Source: an uncultured Lentisphaerales bacterium (lineage in GTDB: Bacteria > Verrucomicrobiota > Lentisphaeria > JABSQK01 > UBA12247). From it: a stretch of DNA of 64,000 nt. Shown piece after piece: positions 9,861 to 20,295 of the stretch. The stretch's first letter is position 1. Every line of letters begins with the position of its first letter. The DNA is taken from the NCBI GenBank assembly GCA_943788985.1, contig CALSSJ010000021.1:32001-96000 (forward strand). The letters run 5' to 3'. Below the pieces are notes generated by a model. It saw nothing but the letters and a program-made list of their open reading frames with translations, made no database searches and had not been told where the DNA came from. Both the position numbers and the translations under genes were made by a program.

Positions 9861-11897
9861 CTAGCTGTTCGCGCCCACCACGAGCTGATACACGGCTTTC
9901 CGATCAGTGCAACCGCAGACAGCCTCGCGGTCGACGGCCTGCAACGTCTGCGTCAAGCCCGCGATAAACTGGACATAGCCTGGCTTTTCGGCGGGAGCCA
10001 GAACTAGGGCGACAAGCTGCGCATCCATCTCATCGAAGGCACCAAAATCGACTCCGGTGAGATGAATGCCTAAGATGCAGACCAGGTCGTCTACGACATT
10101 CGTGCGCGCGTGCGGCATCGCAATCCCCTGCTCCAAGCCGGTCCCCATGCTCGCTTCTCGCTCCAGGACCGCTTTACGGGCAGCCGCTTCATCGTTGACA
10201 CAGCCCAAGGTGACTGCCGCGGCCAAGAGCTCCTCGATCACCGCGTACTTGTCCGCTCCCTTCAGCGGAATCACAATACCCTCGGGGGTGAGACTCTGTG
10301 AAAACGTTTCGGGTGCACTCTTCACGATGGCCTCGCTTACCATCGCCCGCTGCACTTCTCGTGCTTCCCCCGGCTTGAGTTCACGGATGGTTTGCTCAAG
10401 ATCGGCAAGTGCCTCACTCATTAAGGCGTTTGCTAACGGCACATGGGACGCTAAGCACCGGATGGTAAGCGCCTTATCCGCCGCACTGAAGTCAATCGCG
10501 ATGTCATCCTTCAAGGCCTGATAGAGCCGCTCGGAGTGATTGAGGCAGTGGACGTAAAACCCCTCATCACTGAACTGGCGCTGCAGGTCTTCGGTCAGGC
10601 TCCGGGTCATGGCCTTGGACGGAAACTCATAGCAGCATTCGGTGTGCTCATGAGCGCCCGGGTCAGGCTTTCGCAAGCCAGGACCGCCGCGTTTATAGAG
10701 CATTTGCAGGCCGGGTCCAGCAATGAGCGTGTTCACCAGAACCATGATCACGACTGCGGCGAAGATCTCGGCACCGATCAGGCCGGCTGCCAGTGCGATC
10801 CCCGCAATTGTAAGCGCCACCTCGCAGCGCGGTGCCATCCCCACACCAATACGCAGTGCCCCCATCATATTGAAGCCCGCCAGCAGAGACGGACCGCCAG
10901 CTCCAAGGATTTTCCCGATCAGACAAGCGAACGCATAGATCAGGCCAAAGCCAATCACCGCGCCGCTGGTCAACGATCCCAGGTCGATCCGCATGCCCAT
11001 CACACAGAAAAAAACTGGCACCAACAGCTGGTGAATCGGATCCAGTTTCTCGCGCACCACGTGGCGCACGTCCGCTTGGGACAGGGACAGCCCCATGACG
11101 TAGGCGCCGATAATCATCGCCAGCCCGCTCATTTCGAAAAGTCCGCTCAAGATCAGGGCCAGGGCAAAGGCAATGATCGCAATCGTCGTGCGGTGCCCAA
11201 ACCATTTCAGCAGCGCACTCAGACGCCGCGAGGCAAGAATCCCGACGGCAGTCGCCACCAGCCAAATCGAGATTGCCTTGACCGCAATCATCCCCACTCT
11301 TCCCCAGTCCACGCTTCCGCTTTCACTGGCGCTGACCAGGCCCATGACCACGGCCAGCATCACGATGCCCAAGACATCGTCAATGACCGCTGCTGCCAGC
11401 GTGGTCACTCCCTCCGGTGAGTCCAGACGCTTCAGCTCTGAGAGAATGCGCGCCGTGATTCCCACCGAGGTTGCAGTCGCGATCACCCCCAGCATCAGTG
11501 CCGACGGCGACATCCAGCCAATACTCTTGCCCAGCACCATACTCGCACACAAAACTGCTGCGCCAGCACCAGCGGCATAGGCCACAAACACTCCGCCAAG
11601 CCCAGCCAAGGCACCCGCGACTGAGTAGCGCAGCAGCAGCGCGATCTCTGTTTCCAGGCCAACGCCGAACAACAAAATAATCGCTGCCAGCGCGCAGATG
11701 CCTTCGAGCTCAGGAGAAATGCCATGAGCGCCCAAAATCAGAGGGCCCACAGCGATACCGATAAGCAACTCGCCGATAGCCCCAGGCAAGCGAATTTTCA
11801 GTGCGATCATGCGCCCGATCCGGGCGGCGATCAAGATCGCGCCCAGTTGCATAACCAGCTGAATCAGTTCATGGGATGCGTGTGTTTCGGATTGCAT
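9861..11897 (-). CDS. CPA2 cation:proton antiporter fused to C-terminal PTS EIIA(Fru/Ntr)-like domain
   Basis: Multi-TM region with GLET, ATSVGIT and AVIDDVLG; C-terminal ERE..MGTGLEQGIAMPHAR. Confidence 0.9.
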   Translation of the reverse strand: MQSETHASHELIQLVMQLGAILIAARIGRMIALKIRLPGAIGELLIGIAVGPLILGAHGISPELEGICALAAIILLFGVGLETEIALLLRYSVAGALAGLGGVFVAYAAGAGAAVLCASMVLGKSIGWMSPSALMLGVIATATSVGITARILSELKRLDSPEGVTTLAAAVIDDVLGIVMLAVVMGLVSASESGSVDWGRVGMIAVKAISIWLVATAVGILASRRLSALLKWFGHRTTIAIIAFALALILSGLFEMSGLAMIIGAYVMGLSLSQADVRHVVREKLDPIHQLLVPVFFCVMGMRIDLGSLTSGAVIGFGLIYAFACLIGKILGAGGPSLLAGFNMMGALRIGVGMAPRCEVALTIAGIALAAGLIGAEIFAAVVIMVLVNTLIAGPGLQMLYKRGGPGLRKPDPGAHEHTECCYEFPSKAMTRSLTEDLQRQFSDEGFYVHCLNHSERLYQALKDDIAIDFSAADKALTIRCLASHVPLANALMSEALADLEQTIRELKPGEAREVQRAMVSEAIVKSAPETFSQSLTPEGIVIPLKGADKYAVIEELLAAAVTLGCVNDEAAARKAVLEREASMGTGLEQGIAMPHARTNVVDDLVCILGIHLTGVDFGAFDEMDAQLVALVLAPAEKPGYVQFIAGLTQTLQAVDREAVCGCTDRKAVYQLVVGANS

Positions 11898-11946
11898 GTG
11901 CAGAAAATCACCGGCACCTACACAAGCTCCGATGCCTTCAGGTCAG

Positions 11947-12114
11947 CTAGGCTTTCTGGTCTGTAAATACCAGCCACAATGCGTGAACCATGCCGGGAAC
12001 TCCCCCCAGCAAACAAAGGAGCAGATTGATCCAGAAATGCTTGGTGATGCCCACCTGCAGAAAGGCCGCAATCGGCGGTAAAAAAATCGAGAGTAAAATC
12101 TTCAGAATTTGCAT
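11947..12114 (-). CDS. YqaE/Pmp3 family small membrane protein (55 aa, not in ORF track)
   Basis: Manual translation MQILKILLSIFLPPIAAFLQVGITKHFWINLLLCLLGGVPGMVHALWLVFTDQKA; AGGAG RBS upstream. Confidence 0.9.
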   Translation of the reverse strand: MQILKILLSIFLPPIAAFLQVGITKHFWINLLLCLLGGVPGMVHALWLVFTDQKA

Positions 12115-12122
12115 GCTAACTC

Positions 12123-12716
12123 CTATTGTAGCAGTGAGTCGAGTGCCAGAACCACATCTCCAATAGCATGCACTTGCACACTATTCCAACCGCGCGCACG
12201 CCCAGCCTCGATATTACACAGCTTGTCATCCAAGTACAGGCAGGGCACATCTCCACCGCAGAACTCTCGCTCGAGGTCCTCATACATGGGTGAGGCTGGC
12301 TTGCGAGCCCCAGAACGAAAGCTCACGATTTCATCCGGAATGCGATCAGCAAAGGAAATCAACTCCCGCGCACCGGTCAGGTGCAGTGTCGAAATATCGG
12401 AAAAGAAGACAATACGGAGTCCGCAACTGAGCATGCGATCCACTTGCTCGGCCATCCCGCCAATCTCGTCGCCGATCAAATCGTGATAGTAGCCTACGAG
12501 CTCTTGCCGTGCCCTTCCCGGTGCCAACGGCTCCAACACCTCGAGAAATCCGTCTTCATCTAGGCGGCCGGTCTCGAACAGTTCCAGCTTTTCCACGATC
12601 TCCGGCCAGTCAGCCATCAAGCCCTCCAGCGTGTCATAGCCGAAGCGACGGGCACAGCGGTCAAACTCCAGATTCACGCAGACCCTGCCGATGTCAAGGG
12701 CGACGATATTCGTCAT
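12123..12716 (-). CDS. HAD family hydrolase
   Basis: ALDIGRV (motif I variant), RKP and YLDDK..NIEAGRARGW. Confidence 0.82.
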   Translation of the reverse strand: MTNIVALDIGRVCVNLEFDRCARRFGYDTLEGLMADWPEIVEKLELFETGRLDEDGFLEVLEPLAPGRARQELVGYYHDLIGDEIGGMAEQVDRMLSCGLRIVFFSDISTLHLTGARELISFADRIPDEIVSFRSGARKPASPMYEDLEREFCGGDVPCLYLDDKLCNIEAGRARGWNSVQVHAIGDVVLALDSLLQ

Positions 12717-14146
12717 TCTGCAGACTTGTCCCGGTTCACCAAGCCCCAGCGAGCCCCAAACGGCCAGTAGACAAACAGCGCCCTACCAACGATATTCTTC
12801 CGCTTGACGGCTCCCCAAGTCCGGCCATCCTCGGAGTTATTGGTGTTATCTCCCATCATAAAATACTCATCGTCCCCGAGGATCAGCTGGCCTCCCGCCT
12901 TCAAGACTGCGCGGGGATAGTTCGTCTCTGTGTGGCCCGCATATCCGTTCGCAAAGCTGTAAATATCACCGAACGCAGAGTGATCATTCTCGTCAATGCC
13001 GCGAAATTCGCTGGCCCCAGGCTCCTTTACCCAGAGGCGGTCGTCGATAATCTTCACCGTTTCTCCGGGCAACGCGACCAACCGCTTGATAAAGAACGGT
13101 CCACGCAGTGGTGTGCCGTCTGGCTTGATCATGCCAATGGTGTTAAACACGAGGATATCCCCGCGCTGCGGGTCTCGAAACTGCAGGCTCACCCGCTCGA
13201 CGAACAAGTGATCGCCGAGATCGAAGTGACCATTTATCTGCGTCCATTTGCCATCGACCAAGCGTGTATCGCCGAGTGCTCGATACTTGTGAAGGTATTC
13301 AAAGACATGGCTTTTTGAACCGGGCAAGGTCTCGACCCGGCCGGCGGAACCAAAGGCAACCCGACACTTGGGGTAAAACGGGATCGATGTATCCTTAAGC
13401 TCGAGATCCAGCGCGTAGGTTTGCCCGCCACCCTGCAAATTGTATGCCTTCACCGGCAAGTCGTTATCGAGTGCCACGTAGGCATAGCGCCGGGCGTAAT
13501 TCCAATAATCCATCACCCGAGCCACAATGTTCGGCTCCTGCGGTTCGTCCGGCGGTGCCTGAAAAAACTCGATGCCGTACAGGGTGGGCTGCATGCTGCC
13601 TGTCGGGATCTTGAATGGCTGCAGATACATGGCTCGCGCCCCCATGATCACCCCGATCACCACCACGAGCGCGTCCAATCCCTCTCGCGCATAGCCGACA
13701 AATTTCATCGGCATGGTCGCCTCGCGAACCGGGCTCCGCGTCGACCACATAAACCGCTCGCACTCGGTGGCTCCCAACCCGGCATCCTGTGATTGCTGCG
13801 CGCCCTTGCGCCCCTTCCGGCCTCGCTGCTGCGGCAGATCTTCATGATCCTGCGGCTCGCTGGGCTGGTGAACTTCTGGGCCAGCGGCGTATAATTGCTC
13901 GGCCCGCTGCTGCACCTTGAACAGCTTGGCATCTTCATCGGCGGACAGGATGTCACGATCCCATTCCCGGCGATGCCGAATCTGCTTGATAAACTGCTTC
14001 AGGAAGTGCCGGTTTTTCCGCTGCTGTGAGCCAAGCGGCCCGTTCAGCAAATAGCTTCCTGGCCAGACAAGGAACAGCAGGATGTCATAAATGACCATCG
14101 CAACTTTGGCCAGTAGGCTCATACTCGAAAACATCTGCGCTACCAA
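12713..14146 (-). CDS. lepB: signal peptidase I
   Basis: FKIPTGSMQPTL, FIKRLVALPGE and MGDNTNNSEDGRTWG motifs; start uncertain. Confidence 0.92.
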   Translation of the reverse strand: MVAQMFSSMSLLAKVAMVIYDILLFLVWPGSYLLNGPLGSQQRKNRHFLKQFIKQIRHRREWDRDILSADEDAKLFKVQQRAEQLYAAGPEVHQPSEPQDHEDLPQQRGRKGRKGAQQSQDAGLGATECERFMWSTRSPVREATMPMKFVGYAREGLDALVVVIGVIMGARAMYLQPFKIPTGSMQPTLYGIEFFQAPPDEPQEPNIVARVMDYWNYARRYAYVALDNDLPVKAYNLQGGGQTYALDLELKDTSIPFYPKCRVAFGSAGRVETLPGSKSHVFEYLHKYRALGDTRLVDGKWTQINGHFDLGDHLFVERVSLQFRDPQRGDILVFNTIGMIKPDGTPLRGPFFIKRLVALPGETVKIIDDRLWVKEPGASEFRGIDENDHSAFGDIYSFANGYAGHTETNYPRAVLKAGGQLILGDDEYFMMGDNTNNSEDGRTWGAVKRKNIVGRALFVYWPFGARWGLVNRDKSAE

Positions 14147-14233
14147 ACTAGAGGGGGGCTGGAAGAGAACGGCGTACTATGCTGGATTACGCCCATCCGT
14201 CGATAGGAGCCGCCGAGAACGGCTTGCGAGATG

Positions 14234-17200
14234 CTACTCGTCGCGCAATGCAGACAGCAATCGGCCAGAAAGCGCCCACCTTGTCGCGGCCATCACGGAG
14301 AGGACTCCGACTGCGGCGAGTGTAGCCAATAGACTCAGGATTGCAGCAACGGGCACGTGCATACCTGGGGCGGCAAGAGTTGGCGACACCGCCACTAGCG
14401 CGCTGACCGAGCCCAATAGCAGCCCCAACGCTAGCAACAGCCAATGCTCACCCAGCACCATGCTCCTGAGCGCCTTGCGGCTGTAGCCTACAGCGCGCAG
14501 CAGCGCGAGCTCGCTGCGCCGTTCCAGGACGTTGCGCAACACCAGCGCGCCCAACCCCAGCGTGCCGAGGACCACGCCCAGCCCGCCAAGAATCATAAAA
14601 ATGCGCAGGTAAGCCGCCTCTACCGAATGAAACTCCTGCAGGCGCGTCAGCGCCGGAGTCAGCGCCAGACCAAATCGCTCCAAGCGCGCAGGCAAACGCT
14701 CCGCCTGCCCTTCCCTCCCTTGCAGCACATCAACAAGAACCATCCGATAGCCAGGTTCGGAAGGAAATCGAGTTGCGAAGTTCGCATGTGAAATCAGCAC
14801 CGTCCCTTGCAAGATCGTAAGCGGCGACGGCAACTGCCCCACCAGCCGAACCCGAAACTCCGCACCACTCTCGTCCCGATAGACCAGCTCATCGCCTTGC
14901 TCTACGTCCACCTTCTTGCGCAAGGTCCACATTGCGGTGTTCGCATCGCCCACCAGGCCGGGCATCACGTTCGGCCCCAGGTCCAGATTCAGCAGCTGCC
15001 ACAGCTCATCGTCCGGCGAAGGAACAAAGGCTCCGCGAGATGCCAGCGGCTCGACTGGCACGCCCAACAGGCGGGGAGACTGCGCGCGGTTGAGATTAAA
15101 ACAGCTGGCGTCATCGCCATCACGCACCTTGCAGGAGATAAAATTCAGGCTGTCTTCCAGCCGAAACGTCTCTTGTGCCTGCGCCGACTCGAGCGGATCA
15201 GGAAACGGCAATGTGGCTTCGCCGATAAAGGCAAAGCCGCCGGTCCCGGACGAGCGCTGGTGCGCATACCGCGCCAGATCCTGCTGCATGCTTGAGACCG
15301 CGATCACCAGAAATGTGCCACTGGCCAGCAGCACCACGGCGGTGAGACTCCGGGCACGTCGCCGAGTGCTGTTTCGAAGCCCGAGCGCCAGACTGGTCAG
15401 GCGCTCTCGGCCACGCTGGTCAAGCCTCACCAGCAGAAACCGTGCAGCGCACAGCCCGCTCATGAGTAACAGAAAGCCTGCGCCAAAGAATACGTAGACC
15501 GCGTGCTGCCCTGCCCCGCTGAGCCCAAAGCCCACGCAGCCCAGCGCCCCCAGAAAACACCCCCAGCCAGCCACTTGAATCCAACGCCCGGCCGCTGCCG
15601 CCTGGTCCACCTGCCAGCTCCCAGCGAGCAACGCTCGCGGCTCCCGACGCAGCAGTTTGCGCAGCGTCAGAGCCATCGCCAGCAGCGCACAGATCACTGT
15701 GACCAAGAAGCCGATGAGCAAGGTCGCAGGCTCCAGATGAAACACCACCGGCGTCCCAGCAACGGCTCCCTGCCAATTCCCGGTAAGCCCAGCCAGCAGC
15801 GCCTTCGTCACCCCGATCCCAGCGATGCTGCCTAAGCCAGCCCCCAGCACCGCGGAGACACTCGCCTCGCCCAGCAGCACCAGCGCCACCTGAGGCCGCG
15901 GCCAGCCGACTCCCAACAAAATTCCAATCTCCTCCGCACGCTGCTGAATCCCGAACACAAACATCAGCGCAGTCAGCATCAGCGCCGAGGCAATCAAGAA
16001 AAAGCTTAACGAGACAAACAACTCACCAAAGCTCATCGCCTCATCCACTGCTCGTAACGCCAACTCGCGAACCGGCACAAAAAACAAACCGAGCGCGGAG
16101 GCAGACAGCGCCGAAGTCAGCTCGCGTTGCAGATCCTCGATCTGAAGCTCCGTGCCCGGATAGCGGACCGCGGAGGTATTGCCGAAACGGTTAGCCCACA
16201 TCTCGCGCCCGGCCTCCAGCGTGACAGCCAGCTTCGGCGTCTCCCGATAGCGTTCCCAATACGCCTCATTCGCCTCATCCTCGAGGGCAGCCTCATCCAT
16301 TGGCATTCCGACATCCCAGTCGCTACAACTGTCGACATCGGTCAAGCCCGGAAACTCCGGCATCCGGTCTCGCTCCGTCATGAACTGCGACATTGGCAAG
16401 ATGCTGTGCACCGAGAACTCACGCGTCCGTTCCTCAAACTTCCCGCTTGGCAAAAGCTCGTAGTAGGCAACCGCGATCGTGTCCCCCACCTCGGCGTCTA
16501 CCTGAGTCGCCAGCCATTGATTGATCACAACGTGGTCGTCCTCCAAGTCTTCTGGCACCAGGCTCAGTGCGGAGTTCGCACTTGGCGTTGCGGAGATCGC
16601 AAATGAATATGGGGTAGACTTCTCGCCCAGAGAGATCTTGTTCACGAGGTACGCCAGCGTCCCCACAGCACCCTCCCCAAGCATCGCCGCGGTGGCCGTC
16701 GCCGGCGTGAGGAACACCCGCTCGCTCTCGAGCTGCAAGCCCCCATCGCAAGGGCGCAGACTGACGCCCACATCTGCCAGCTTCCAGCTGAGGTCCAACC
16801 CGTCCTGCAGCGGCACAGTCCGGTTCTCCGGGCCGCCCGTAAGCAGCGTATTGACCTTGCCAACTAAGCCCGCAGTTTGCTGCAGCCAGGCAAGATCCAC
16901 AAAAATATTGTACGGCGCGATCTGATTCGCAGCCAGGCTGAAACGCCCGAATTCTTGATCGGACAGCACCGCGCTTACCCCGAACGTGCCCCGCCTGGTC
17001 AATTTCTCACTGCGCGCAGCCAGCGGCGCATCGCGCGGCATCAGGCTTGGCCGGCTGATGCGCAGCGATACCTCTTGCCCAGCAGCGATTTCCAGCCGCT
17101 CGGCGAGGTTGCGGCTGACAGCTGCGGAGTCCGCAGTGATCGTCGGCGCCGGCCCCGGAGACAGCGCCCAGAATCGTGCGTCTACGCCAATCACCTGCAC

Positions 17201-17524
17201 GTGATTCAGCTGACGACGCTCGCCCGCTTCATCCTCCACCAACACGACCCCGTGCATGGTAAGAGCTGGCACTACCGGCTCCCTCAGGGTCGCACTCAGG
17301 CGCGCTGCCAGTCCCCCATCGACATAGTGACCGTGCGTGACCATCGCCGCGTCCACCTGCCCCAGCCGCTGCAGGGCGAACAACCGCAGGCTGTGGCGCA
17401 CGGAGTCGCCAACCAGCAAGCTGCCCACGAGCATCGCCGCAGCCACAGCCGTCCCCAGAATGATCGCTGCGTGGCTCCGCCAGTAGTGCCGAAAACCGCG
17501 AAGGGCATAACGCGTACGCATCAA
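14234..17524 (-). CDS. ABC transporter permease, duplicated FtsX/MacB-type
   Basis: 1096 aa with two FtsX-like TM blocks (QQRAEEIGILLGVGW; ERRSELALLRAVGY); coupled to the ATPase gene. Confidence 0.88.
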   Translation of the reverse strand: MMRTRYALRGFRHYWRSHAAIILGTAVAAAMLVGSLLVGDSVRHSLRLFALQRLGQVDAAMVTHGHYVDGGLAARLSATLREPVVPALTMHGVVLVEDEAGERRQLNHVQVIGVDARFWALSPGPAPTITADSAAVSRNLAERLEIAAGQEVSLRISRPSLMPRDAPLAARSEKLTRRGTFGVSAVLSDQEFGRFSLAANQIAPYNIFVDLAWLQQTAGLVGKVNTLLTGGPENRTVPLQDGLDLSWKLADVGVSLRPCDGGLQLESERVFLTPATATAAMLGEGAVGTLAYLVNKISLGEKSTPYSFAISATPSANSALSLVPEDLEDDHVVINQWLATQVDAEVGDTIAVAYYELLPSGKFEERTREFSVHSILPMSQFMTERDRMPEFPGLTDVDSCSDWDVGMPMDEAALEDEANEAYWERYRETPKLAVTLEAGREMWANRFGNTSAVRYPGTELQIEDLQRELTSALSASALGLFFVPVRELALRAVDEAMSFGELFVSLSFFLIASALMLTALMFVFGIQQRAEEIGILLGVGWPRPQVALVLLGEASVSAVLGAGLGSIAGIGVTKALLAGLTGNWQGAVAGTPVVFHLEPATLLIGFLVTVICALLAMALTLRKLLRREPRALLAGSWQVDQAAAAGRWIQVAGWGCFLGALGCVGFGLSGAGQHAVYVFFGAGFLLLMSGLCAARFLLVRLDQRGRERLTSLALGLRNSTRRRARSLTAVVLLASGTFLVIAVSSMQQDLARYAHQRSSGTGGFAFIGEATLPFPDPLESAQAQETFRLEDSLNFISCKVRDGDDASCFNLNRAQSPRLLGVPVEPLASRGAFVPSPDDELWQLLNLDLGPNVMPGLVGDANTAMWTLRKKVDVEQGDELVYRDESGAEFRVRLVGQLPSPLTILQGTVLISHANFATRFPSEPGYRMVLVDVLQGREGQAERLPARLERFGLALTPALTRLQEFHSVEAAYLRIFMILGGLGVVLGTLGLGALVLRNVLERRSELALLRAVGYSRKALRSMVLGEHWLLLALGLLLGSVSALVAVSPTLAAPGMHVPVAAILSLLATLAAVGVLSVMAATRWALSGRLLSALRDE

Positions 17525-18188
17525 GCGTGGAGCGTCCCGTCACGCAACGTGAGCACGCGGCCCATTCGCTCCGCCAAGTCCGCTGCGTGCGTGACCACGA
17601 CCAGGGTTAGGCCCATCTCCCGATTCAGCGACACCAGCAAGTCCACCAATCGCAGCGGAAGAATCGTGATCCAGCGATCCCGTCGGCTCGTCTGCCAGCA
17701 ACAACGCAGGTTGGTTAATGAGAGCACGCACCACCGCGACCCGCTGGCATTCCCCGCCGGACAACTGCGCCGGTCGATACGCCAACCGATGGTCCAACCG
17801 GACCTGCGCGAGCAGCTCCTGCGCTCGTTCCCGTGCGCCCTCCCCTGCCCGCGCCGGTACAGTCGGGATGAGTACATTCTCGAGCACTGAGAGGTGCGGG
17901 AGCAGATGGTGCCGTTGAAAGGACAAAGCCGATCTTGCGGCAGCGCGTTGCTGCCCGCTGCTCCTCTGACCAGCCCGCACACGACTCGCCCTCGAGCGAC
18001 ACGGATCCAGTCGTGGCCTGATCAAGCAAGCCCACGATGTTCAACAGCGTGCTCTTGCCGCAGCCGGATGGCCCCATGATCGCAACGGTCTCCCCAGGGT
18101 CAATCGAGAGGTCAACTCCACTCAGAATCTGCTGCTCACTCTGCGGATACTGCTTCGTAACCTGCGTCGTCTCTAGAATCGCAGGCAC
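17521..18188 (-). CDS. ABC transporter ATP-binding protein (LolD/MacB type), frameshift near 17921
   Basis: [14 protein letters not shown](F)[17 protein letters not shown] and [11 protein letters not shown] across frames; the track also splits the C-terminal VVVTH segment into another frame. Confidence 0.88.
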
Positions 18189-18190
18189 GA

Positions 18191-18773
18191 TCAGACCAGA
18201 TCGCAGGCGTCCGCAGGCATCCAGTGCCGCTCCTTGCCCCACCACTTGACGTTGCAGCCGATCGGGTTCGTCTTGGGCACAGTCACTTCCTGGCCCGCCA
18301 GCACGGCGTCTACGGCATCACGCAGCTCATTAGTAGTTGCCTCAGAGGCGACCCGCGGCTGATCATCCATACGACCTGTATAGCGCAGTTTACGGTCTGC
18401 ATCAAACACGTAGTAGTGCGGAGTTCGCAACGCCCCATAGGCCGTGGCTACGTCCTGGCTATCGTCGCGCAGGTACGGGAATGGGAAGTTCAAATCCTCC
18501 GCGCGGTGCTGCATGTGCTCCATCGAATCGGTCGGGTGGCCGTCGGTTTCGTTCGAGTTGATCGAGACGAACGCCACGCCCCTTGGCTGCGTAGCCCGCA
18601 GAAAACGCGATCATGCGCTCCTCGGAGCCGGTGACAAAGGGACAATGATTGCAGGAAAACACCATCACCAACACGGCTTGGTCTGCGAAGTTCGCAAGTG
18701 AGTAATTCTTGCCATCGGTGCCAGGCAGTGAAAAGTCCGGCGCCGTCTCGCCGAGATCCAGAGTAAAGGCCAT
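18191..18773 (-). CDS. thioredoxin-fold AhpC/TSA family protein, frameshift near 18580
   Basis: APDFSLPGTDG, CNHCPFV, then INSNE..FPYLRDDSQ..RTPH..IGCNVKW; extra G in a G-run. Confidence 0.9.
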
Positions 18774-19194
18774 CGTTGTTCTCCGTGAAGGTCTTGCGTG
18801 AGTACATGTGCGGAAAACTACTGCCGACCATCGCATATACAACGGACGCCCAGACCAACAGCTGTTGGCGAGGCGATAAAGTGCGCCCCAAGCGGCACGA
18901 GGCGGTGCTGACAAATTCTTCCGCCACACCGTAGGGCTAGCAGTGCATACTCAACATGGTGCCCCCAGAGCAGCGCTGATTCTTCTTTTCTTTTTTGGGG
19001 GATGCAAATCTTGTATGCCTCGGAAAGGCGCGACCTCCAGCACTCCCGGCCGCGTACCATGTTCTAGCCATGGGCACGGGCAAGGGAGATACAGAAGAGT
19101 CCGAATCGTAATTGCACCTCCAACCGCTGCTGGCGAGCTGCAACGCAGGTGATACGGGTAAAGACTTTTCAGAAATCCAGGCAGAGAACTAGGC

Positions 19195-20295
19195 ATGGCC
19201 CAACAGTCACATATTCTGACCGTAGTCGGCGCACGGCCACAATTCATTAAAGCCGCCGTAATCAGCCGCGCCGTCGCGCAGACCCCCGCCTTGCGCGAGA
19301 CGATCATCCATACCGGCCAACACTATGACGACAACATGTCGCGCGTGTTCTTTGATGAGCTGGAGATTCCCGCCCCAGGCTTCAACCTCGGCGTTGGCAG
19401 CGGCTCGCACGGCGCCCAAACCGGCGAGATGCTGGCACAGCTCGACGCGCTTTACCAGGAGCAGAAGCCGGACTTTGTCCTGCTATATGGCGACACCAAC
19501 TCCACCTTGGCAGGCGCCCTGGCCGCGGCCAAACTGCACATCCCGGTTGCCCACGTCGAGGCAGGCCTACGCTCCTTTAACCGCCGCATGCCCGAAGAAG
19601 TGAATCGCGTCCTGACCGATCACGTCTCGGACCTGCTGTTCTGTCCGACCCAACCTGCCGTAGACAATCTCCTCGCTGAGGGTATTACCAATGGCGTCAG
19701 CCTCGTCGGCGACGTCATGTATGACAGCACCTTGTTCTCGCAGCAGAAAGCTACCGAGCGTATCGAGCGAGTGCTGGGGCCACTGGGCGTCCAGCCCAAG
19801 AGCTATCAGATTGCCACGGTTCACCGCGCCGAGAATGTTGCGGACTCCGCAAAACTCGCTGCGATCTTCGCAGCGATGGACGAGATTTCCACGCCTGAAG
19901 CGCCAACGCTGCTGCCGTTGCATCCAGGCTGTCGCCGCGCGCTCGAAACCCACGGCATCGTGCCAGGCCAGAATGTGCGATTACTAGATCCACAATCCTA
20001 TCTTGACATGGTCGCACTGCTGTCTCAGGCGCGCCTCGCCCTGACCGACTCGGGTGGCCTGCAGAAAGAAGCGGCTATCTTCGATGTGCCCTGTGTGACG
20101 CTGCGAGACGAAACCGAGTGGGTCGAGACTGTCGAAGCAGGTCGAAACTGCGTGGTCGGTGCTGCCACTGTGCGCATCGTCGAAGCCGCCCAAGCCTATC
20201 TGCGCGCCGGCATCCCTCCCTGGACGCCGCCGTACGGATCCGGCAATGCAGGTTCGCTCATCTGCGAGCAATTGGTGGCCACCTGTGCCCGCTGA
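19195..20295 (+). CDS. wecB: UDP-N-acetylglucosamine 2-epimerase (non-hydrolysing)
   Basis: GARPQFIK, HTGQHY, GDTNST, HVEAGLRS and DSGGLQKEA motifs. Confidence 0.95.
   Translation: MAQQSHILTVVGARPQFIKAAVISRAVAQTPALRETIIHTGQHYDDNMSRVFFDELEIPAPGFNLGVGSGSHGAQTGEMLAQLDALYQEQKPDFVLLYGDTNSTLAGALAAAKLHIPVAHVEAGLRSFNRRMPEEVNRVLTDHVSDLLFCPTQPAVDNLLAEGITNGVSLVGDVMYDSTLFSQQKATERIERVLGPLGVQPKSYQIATVHRAENVADSAKLAAIFAAMDEISTPEAPTLLPLHPGCRRALETHGIVPGQNVRLLDPQSYLDMVALLSQARLALTDSGGLQKEAAIFDVPCVTLRDETEWVETVEAGRNCVVGAATVRIVEAAQAYLRAGIPPWTPPYGSGNAGSLICEQLVATCAR

Noticed and set aside
18774..19194. 420-bp divergent intergenic region as an ncRNA or riboswitch
   Set aside because: No recognisable RNA family motif or convincing long stem by eye; a covariance-model search would be needed.
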